Made by a program: the position numbers and the translations under genes. From positions 157,508,335 to 157,527,546 of the forward strand of contig JANKJI020000004.1 in NCBI GenBank assembly GCA_024626585.2: 19,212 nt of DNA, in the 5' to 3' direction. Numbering within the stretch: the first letter of the stretch is position 1; each line of letters begins with the position of its first letter. Below the pieces are notes generated by a model. That model was not told where the DNA came from. It worked only from the letters and a program-made list of their open reading frames with translations, and did no database searches. Shown in pieces: positions 12,181-19,212 of this stretch. The stretch is from Ginkgo biloba. Its lineage: Eukaryota > Plantae > Ginkgophyta.

Positions 12181-13019
12181 TATATCAGCAAGTGCAAAGT
12201 GGCCCTTGTGCAAATATTTGTTCATGTTACACATTCAAAAGGCAATCCAAAAATCCACAATTATGTTCACATCCCTCTCCTCCCACCCTAGTGACCCTAC
12301 ATAACCAATAAGTCTTAGAGACACAACATGACACCACTCAAAACAGTAAACCTTGTTGACCTCTTGCACACCATTTCTAGGTGCAACTTGTGTTTCAAAA
12401 TCTATTCTTTCTCATATAGAAAGAGTCTGCCATAATTGATGTATGGTTGAAGCCTTGTGTTATCTAATTAAAAACTACTGCTATAGTTTCATGTAAATTT
12501 TTATTTTTGTATAAATGAATTCTATTAACATGAATCTACTTCTAGGAGTGCACTTTTGAAAGGTTGTGTTTATCCAGACTCCAGAGATAACCTCTGTTTC
12601 TGCCAATAGCAATTGATACATTCTTCAAGTTTTATTTATCATCAAGTACCTGGTTATGTCTCCCCTGCCATATTGTTACATATCATTCTTCAATTAGTTG
12701 TGGTTTGTATGCCAATCTTAATAGTACATCTACATTGTCATAACATTTCATTTCAATATGGATTCTATAAGCAGCAAACAATTGTTTCAAAAGTATTAAA
12801 TTTGGCTAAAAGGAAGCAGCAATAGGTAGGCACCCTTTCAAACACTCATTTGATGCACATCTAAATAATATCTCAAGTCACTACAAAACTATGGAGATGG
12901 CCTCCCAACCAGCAACTCCTAGAGAACAAAAACATGGGTGCCACCATCCTTCAAAAAATTATTAACAGTATATATATGTAATCTTGCACATCCAATTTTT
13001 ACATTTAAATAACAAATAC

Positions 13020-13514
13020 CCAGCGAATGTTGCTACGTAAGATCTTAACAGCCATATCTCGCATCAAACTAATGGCCAACAAAAGTTGCTTCATGCACTT
13101 TGTGCACAGAAGGTTTCTTCTGCAATTCCCGAACTTTGACATCCAATAGTCACCCTACAGTTGTCATTAACAAACTCTGTTTAGCAAGGAGTGATGCCAT
13201 CACTTGATAACATTAAGATTGTCTATATGACACCCTACCCTTAATATGACATTTTTTACTCCGGTAAACTCTGCCTTGGTCATGGCCTAATCTTTTATGC
13301 AGAAGTATGAAGTGTTCCCTAGACTCCAAAAACCTCTTTGACTCCTTTAAACTCTGCTTTCCTCGTGCTCCAATCTTTTATGTAGAAGTATGAGGTGTTC
13401 CCTCAACTCCAAAAACCTCTCTTTGAAAATTTTGGCCTGTTCATACTCTGGAGTGCCTTTATGGAAAATTTGGATCTTTTTAGATGGTGTTTTTCCGCAA
13501 GATGGTTGCATGAC
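13020..13514 (-). other. Two putative minus-strand exons (13239-13514 and 13020-13154) separated by an 84-nt GT-AG intron; unidentified pseudogene or lncRNA
   Basis: Acceptors TTGCAG|GTC (13514) and CTGTAG|GGT (13154); donors AGG|GTAGGG (13239) and TGG|GTATTT (13020); branch-like GCTAAAC in the intron. No continuous reading frame across the spliced product. Confidence 0.45.
13265..13425. repeat. Diverged tandem duplication, 83-bp period, about 2 copies
   Basis: taaactctgc...aatcttttatgYagaagtatgaRgtgttccct..actccaaaaacctct begins at 13265 and again at 13348. Confidence 0.92.
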
Positions 13515-15355
13515 CTGCAATAGCAATTATATGATTACGGGTCACAAATCACATATCGTATAAATAAACATCATCAACCAATGCATAATGTTCACAAAAT
13601 GCAACTTATATGGAAATAAGCATGTATCAATGAATAAGTAGAAGTATACCTAGTTTTCAAGATAGGAAAATGTAGGATGTAAGACATAATATACATTAAT
13701 GATTCATTTTTGTGATGCCCTGAAGTGAAAAAAAGAAAGAGTAAACACGATCTTAACTGAACCAGAATGGCAGCTCAGGTGTTAATACAGAAGAATGGTT
13801 GTTCTAATAGATTATCTATAAGAAACATGGCANNNNNNNAAAACTGATAACAAAAGTTCCATTGCAACTAACTGGAATCTCAGCTTAATTGCAAGAAAGT
13901 GCCAGCTGGTTGGCACATGAAAAGCTTCATAATTGGAATGGGAGAGTAATGTTGAAAACACCCAGCAAAAGAAATTCAGGCATAGCACCTCCCAATCTCC
14001 GCTAGAAGTAACTCAAAATTTCCTTCATCCATCGGCAGTAAACAAATATCTCTGGATACAGCCAAGCAAAGTGTCCATAGTGAAGGATGTGCACAGTGTT
14101 GAAGCAAAAATGGATAAATAGTAAATTTCTCAAAGATGATTAGACTCTTCCAATTGAAGCAGCATCAAGTTACCACACCCATAAACATAACAAATCTGTA
14201 ACCTGATTGAAACCTGAAACTCTGGTCAAATTAATTTTCCACAGCCAAGCAAATCCACTGGCAGACAACAAGTGCCAAGGAAGCAAATCAAGTATTCCAG
14301 GGTTGTTGACACCCCAACTAACACTAAGGACAACGGTTAAAAGCCATCTATGGGAAACCTGAAATATAGTTCAAAAAGTGGGGGAGGAAACTATGGAATC
14401 AGATCCAGACTGTGCACACCTTGTATAGACACACTCCAATCTTAGTCAACAGCATAACTGCTGCTATGTGGAGATTTGTACTTTAACAGTCGGTGAGATC
14501 TGAACCCTATCAAATTGGCTGCTCCCCTCACATTTCATGGATAGGGGTCATATGATGAGGAAGTGCATTATGCTTAATATGATCAGTGAAGATGGGGAAG
14601 GACTCTGTTCCTAGACAATCAAAACAGGTTGAAAACAAAGCAAGAGAAAAGGAACACAGTAAAGAGAACCGACAGAAGCATAAAAGGATTCACAATAATT
14701 TGAATTCACATCTCAGTTCAATAGATGGAATTAATGGTAAAAAGCGTGGACATTAGACCATATGGTGCCTCTGGCATTACAACACTACCTGGGATGTTCC
14801 CTCCTTAGAAATAAGTGGCCCTGATGACATCACATTACTTGCCATTTTCTGGNNNNNNNNNNNNNNNNNNNNNNNNNNNNNNNNNNNNNNNNNNNNNNNN
14901 NNNNNNNNNNNNNNNNNNNNNNNNNNNNNNNNNNNNNNNNNNNNNNNNNNNNNNNNNNNNNNNNNNNNNNNNNNNNNNNNNNNNNNNNNNNNNNNNNNNN
15001 NNTTGGCAGAAAGAAGAACTAATGGAAAAGAATGATAGGCGGATTGCTGAAGGCAGCCCTGAGGTGCTCCCAAATCCTAACAGCACTAACATCTCACTTC
15101 TTAATGTGTCATCCCTGACCCCATTTTGGAGCTTTCCCTATTTTGCAAAGACATTAAAGACTCTATTGCGTAGAGGAGAGTGAGCAAGCCCAAAAGAGAA
15201 CTCGAACCAATCTGTCATGGAGATAGTAATTCAATAAATGTGCTCCCTAGCATGCACCCGAAACCTGTGTAGGGCCCTTGGGGCACACAAGCATATTACC
15301 TATATCAAGTCAATTGCATTGTGGTAAGCTTTCAAGTCATCACCGAATCTCAACA

Positions 15356-15367
15356 TGGTATCAGAGC
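15356..15367 (+). promoter_or_regulatory. Primer binding site (tRNA-iMet), copy 1
   Basis: TGGTATCAGAGC preceded by TCAACA. Confidence 0.85.
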
Positions 15368-15390
15368 GATGATTTTGATATCTTTCAACA

Positions 15391-15402
15391 TGGTATCAGA
15401 GC
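15391..15402 (+). promoter_or_regulatory. Primer binding site (tRNA-iMet), copy 2
   Basis: TGGTATCAGAGC preceded by TCAACA, 35 bp after copy 1. Confidence 0.85.
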
Positions 15403-15779
15403 TAAGGTTAGAGCTCTAAGGAAGCATGATCTTATTCAGAAGTCAATCAATGGGTTTGAGCTATTCGAGAAAAGATGCATGTGTGATCAAGACAGAGGAA
15501 AGTATCGAGGAAGTGGACCACATGTAGGTGCATGTCCACGCATGTCACATATGTCAGAGAGCAGTGTCTTTTGAGCATATGGTGAAAATTTGGTAGCTTT
15601 TGCTAAAGTTTTTGTGCCTGCTTTTTTGGATTCAGTAAATCTTGAAGTCACTTTTTGTGATTAAAAAGGTAATTGTTTTTTAAAGAAGGCAAAGAACACA
15701 GGTCTCTCCAGAGTTGTGGTGCAGGTGACATATGTGAGAGAGCATATGGTCAAAGTATGATAGCCATTGAAGAAGGTAA

Positions 15780-16045
15780 CCGGTTTGCATGCAGGTGGAT
15801 ATGCATCCATATGACATATGTGGCGGAGCGGCATCTACTACACATATGGTCGAAGGATGACAGTCATTGGAGGAGGTTTGTCCTCAATAAACGGTTTGCA
15901 TGCAAGTGGATGTGCATGCATGTGACATATGTGTGTGAGCGGCGTCTCCAGCATATGTGTGAGAAGTTTGGCAGCCAGTGGAGGAGCTTTGTCCTCAAAA
16001 ACCAGTTTGCATGCAGGTGGATGTGCATGCATGTTACACACGTGG
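15780..16045 (+). repeat. 111-bp tandem repeat (about 2.4 copies, with degenerate partial copies near 15520-15600 and 15720-15775) in the retroelement leader
   Basis: gtttgcatgcaRgtggatRtgcat recurs at 15783, 15894 and 16005 (period 111). Confidence 0.92.
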
Positions 16046-17035
16046 GAATGACGTATTCCCAATGCATATGTTGTGATGTTCGACATCCATTGGAGAAAGC
16101 AAATCAAATGGATTCTACTATGAGAAGCAAAGAGAAGGCACATGGAAAGGTAAAATTGGAACCCTATGGTATGAGCTTGAAGAAGGTCCTCGTCATGCCC
16201 AATGAAGGAGGAGTTCCCGTGGAGGAAGTCAAGCGTCAACAAGGAGTTCANNNNNNNNNNNNNNNNNNNNNNNNNNNNNNNNNNNNNNNNNNNNNNNNNN
16301 NNNNNNNNNNNNNNNNNNNNNNNNNNNNNNNNNNNNNNNNNNNNNNNNNNAAAAATTCCAAACCCTTGAATCTAAAGCAAGGATGGATGTAGATGATGTG
16401 CATGAATTCTATATTGCAAGCCTAAGGCCCGAGATAAGAGCAGGGGTCAGGATGCTCCAACCAAAATCCTTGGAGATGATGGTTGTTATTCATACAATTC
16501 AAGGCTTACTACTTTGTTCCCACGGAGGATATTTTGCATCCAATTGTATCCAATTTCTAGTAATATTTGAAGTAGAAAGTAGAAAAATAGGAAATGTTTC
16601 TACTCTACACTCAGGAAGGCATTTAATATGACATCTAGATACTGCAACTAACCTATTGCAGAGATGATTCATTTTATGACCTACGACTCCAAAATTCAAA
16701 GGATCAACAATTGTATGTCACAAAGAAAACTTGGGTACCAAATGCAACCTGTCTCATTGGCCATTTTGAAAAAATTATTTCAAAAACAAACATTACGCAT
16801 CAATAAATAAACAAGAACAGAACGAACTCTGAAATGTACTGCATAAAACATGGAATATCTCTACACCAGAGAAATATGAAGCGCGTATTAGTTTTCAAGA
16901 CTGCAAATCCAGCTTTGAATAATAAACTCTAGGCATGGCCAAACCAAGGAAATGCGCTCACAGTAATCATAGCATCACATAACAGCATGCCAACCACCCA
17001 GCCATAGCTATATTCACTGAACTGTTTAAAATCTA

Positions 17036-17149
17036 TCAGATCTGTTCTTATTATCACTTTGAAGCATGAAGACTATGAACCATCTTCGAAATAGTCAATG
17101 CCAGCTGCTTGCACAACACATACATTCGAGTGACTACACTTTTCATCAA
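17036..17149 (-). ncRNA. Candidate box C/D sno/scaRNA with a guide complementary to U2 snRNA
   Basis: Minus strand: C box TTGATGA (17149-17143), C'-like GTGATAA (17057-17051), guide ATAAGAACAGAT (17051-17040) and D box CTGA (17039-17036). The guide is the exact complement of U2 AUCUGUUCUUAU. The terminal stem is weak. Confidence 0.3.
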
Positions 17150-18190
17150 TACCAGCAATCTGTATGGGTTTATTGCCAGCTTACAATATTCTTAAAATTA
17201 GCATCCTCTTCATACTCTAGGGCAGTGGATCTTGTATACAGTTATTGTGGATCAGTATGAGAAGGACAATATCATCAACACACCAGAAACAATCTGCCAT
17301 TTTATGGCCATATTGAAAAAACCAGCAATGAAGACTGCATGACACACCCAGCTNNNNNNNNNNNNNNNNNNNNNNNNNNNNNNNNNNNNNNNNNNNNNNN
17401 NNNNNNNNNNNNNTGTCTTAAATAGTTTATGGACCTCAAAGCTGTAGAAGTCATAGGTTGCATAGGGTTCAGATAGTTTTCTGAATAGTTGTGATGTCTG
17501 GAGCTAGCTTACTGCTAAAGATGTAGCATATGTACAAGACACACAGGTAAGTGGAAGGTATCTCCCTAAAAAGTATTGGACCTATAGTCCTATGAATAAA
17601 ACAATAAGGTCAAACTAGTACCCACTGAATGGAAATTTCATTACTCAATATGTCTCAACTATTCTCATATTAATGTGTACACAATTTAAAAAATACATCT
17701 ATTTAAATTAATTCGAAAAATTAGTTCAGCATGGCTGAAAAACCATTCAGAAGCCATGTCTAAGGATGCCACGTAAGGGAACAGTAGCGACTCTTTCCAA
17801 TAAGGCAATACTGTAAGCTCATGTTCGTATTTGTCCGAGAAATATAATAATTTCAAAAGGCATGTAAAATGCATATAGTCCAACTAGTATGAATTTCTCT
17901 TAAAAGTATTACGAAGTATAAAATAGTAGAATCATTTCAACACATGGTAAGCAGCCTAGGGCTCTTGCTTTTGCATCTCACATCTCTGACATGTTAAGAT
18001 GATTTTGTACCATTTCAATTATTATTAGTACATGGTATCAATGTAACAAAAATAAGCATCAAACATTGGCAGACATATTTGGCAAAGAAGAAAATTGCAA
18101 TTTTATAAAATGATCTTTAACTGTGCCTAGTGAATTTCAGACCAATATATAAACTATTTTAGCAAATTTACAACATTCAATAGAACTAAC

Positions 18191-18263
18191 CTTAGATTCT
18201 GCACTGTAACCTCCAAAAGATCCCTCGCATAGTCTATTCTGAACATCAAGAACCACCCATGGC
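18191..18263 (-). other. Putative minus-strand exon (73 nt)
   Basis: Acceptor CATGCAG|GCC and donor AAG|GTTAGT; more GC-rich than its flanks; product not recognised. Confidence 0.35.
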
Positions 18264-18719
18264 CTGCATGTGCAAAATGAACATTTAAATACTTCAGTTC
18301 CCTGTAAATAGAGATACAGTTATCAACCTTTACAGAGTAGACTGAAACAATTCTATACAATTCAAACCAGCAGCACTCGTGAATATTAAGTAACCTTACA
18401 GTCAAATATTCACAATGCAGAACACAAACAAAGAGTTTTTATACAAAATATGGTAATATTTATTGAATATATTGCCGAAACATGTAAGACCAGGAAGAAT
18501 CATTTGCCACTGATAGTATCAATTCCTATTCAACAACATTCAACTCCTTGTTTCATATTTCATACTTCTGAGAAGAACCTATAACATCATATTGTGATAA
18601 GTCAAGCCAATTCGAAAGGGCATCATCAAATACAAGAAACACCAGAACATTATGCTAAAATAGATACCCTATGGAAATTTGTTTAAAAGAACATTTTTCC
18701 TGGGTAATGTTTGAACAAT

Positions 18720-19212
18720 CTGGAATACAATCCAAATACTCTAACAAAGAAACTTATTGGCACTAAAAATTTTAGTACTTGGAAGAACTAGATCAAAAAC
18801 TTAATGTTGTTAAATGATCTATGGGGTTATATTGATGGTACCATTCCTAGGGATGCAATTGACATTACAACTCAAGNNNNNNNNNNNNNNNNNNNNNNNN
18901 NNNNNNNNNNNNNNNNNNNNNNNNNNNNNNNNNNNNNNNNNNNNNNNNNNNNNNNNNNNNNNNNNNNNNNNNNNNNNNNNNNNNNAGGAGGCAATTGCTT
19001 CTCTTTATGAGAATAAAAATGATGCAAGAGCATTAATGCTCAGAAACTTACTTTATTGTTGAAAGCTAATATAATCCATGTCTGATCATATGCAGTGTAT
19101 TAAAGGCATTAAAAACCAATTGAGCACCATAGGTGAAACGATTACCTCTAAGGAATTTATTACTATTACTTTGAAAAGTTTGCCTAAGACTTATGAGAGC
19201 TTTGTGAGTAGT
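18720..19212 (+). mobile_element. Degenerate Ty1/copia gag (N-terminal and UBN2-type region), running off the right edge of the window
   Basis: KKLIGTKNFSTWKN*IKNLMLLNDLWGYIDGTIPR ... IASLYENKNDARALMLRNLL ... SMSDHMQCIKGIKNQLSTIGETITSKEFITITLKSLPKTYESFV; in-frame stops and a frameshift. Confidence 0.93.

Larger units (their letters stand above)
10759..12291 (+). pseudogene. 3'-truncated plant O-fucosyltransferase-like family gene (Arabidopsis At2g41150/At3g56750-like, by recall); three exons
   Basis: The spliced product reads ...RYLYWGNRIDCPGKHCAACEGLGHQESSLRCALEEAMFLHR-TFVMPSRMCINRIHNDKGILHHPNVSSEER-WAANFCAMDSLYDIDLISKTVPVILDN..., matching the conserved N-terminal half of this family. Both introns are GT-AG and in phase. 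The family continuation (NRTASPLSWFMECKD...DAIHVRRGDK) is not found and the frame stops at 12289-12291. The ATG at 10759 is tentative because a 100-N gap separates it from the conserved frame. Confidence 0.7.
15266..16480 (+). mobile_element. 5' fragment of an LTR retrotransposon (LTR 3' end, PBS, leader repeats, Ty3/gypsy gag remnant)
   Basis: LTR-type end ...TCAACA directly followed by the tRNA-iMet PBS TGGTATCAGAGC. The downstream frame (16383-16478) EFYIASLRPEIRAGVRMLQPKSLEM resembles chromoviral gag FISGLxPEIRxxVRMxxPxSL. Both boundaries are approximate. Confidence 0.75.

Noticed and set aside
13976-14030. Minus-strand GGATGA...CTGA as a C/D snoRNA
   Set aside because: Very short, the C box is imperfect, and I recognised no rRNA or snRNA complement.
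15780-16045. Regularly spaced repeats resembling a CRISPR array
   Set aside because: The whole unit repeats with no unique spacers, and the context is a eukaryotic retroelement.
17160-17176. Minus-strand TAAACCC, suggesting a telomerase RNA template
   Set aside because: Too short, and no USE/TATA Pol III promoter is seen.
17545-17553. Perfect plus-strand donor CAG|GTAAGT, a possible downstream exon of the truncated gene
   Set aside because: The upstream sequence has stops and no similarity to the missing part of the protein.
18029-18041. ACATGGTATCA, PBS-like, upstream of the copia gag
   Set aside because: Only a partial match, about 700 bp from gag across host-like sequence, and no LTR is recognisable.

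Overview
Eukaryotic (land-plant) nuclear scaffold with many N gaps; four are exactly 100 N and probably of unknown size. Degenerate transposons dominate. They are a minus-strand chromovirus-type Ty3/gypsy polyprotein (gag knuckle-PR-RT-RH-INT, 1-2760), a second Tat/Athila-type Ty3/gypsy RT-RH fragment (2898-4620), faint copia-integrase and Mutator-transposase ghosts (about 6-10 kb), an LTR-end/double-PBS/gag fragment (about 15.3-16.5 kb) and a Ty1/copia gag (18.7 kb to the end). The one recognisable host gene is the first three exons of a conserved plant O-fucosyltransferase-like protein (+ strand, about 10759-12180). Its family similarity stops abruptly inside exon 3. From there the strand bias flips and several minus-strand exon-like segments appear, together with candidate structured RNAs: a box C/D-like element complementary to U2 snRNA and a miR482-like hairpin. 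All family assignments come from motif recall, not database searches. I found no convincing novel system; the ncRNA candidates and the gene junction are the best leads.
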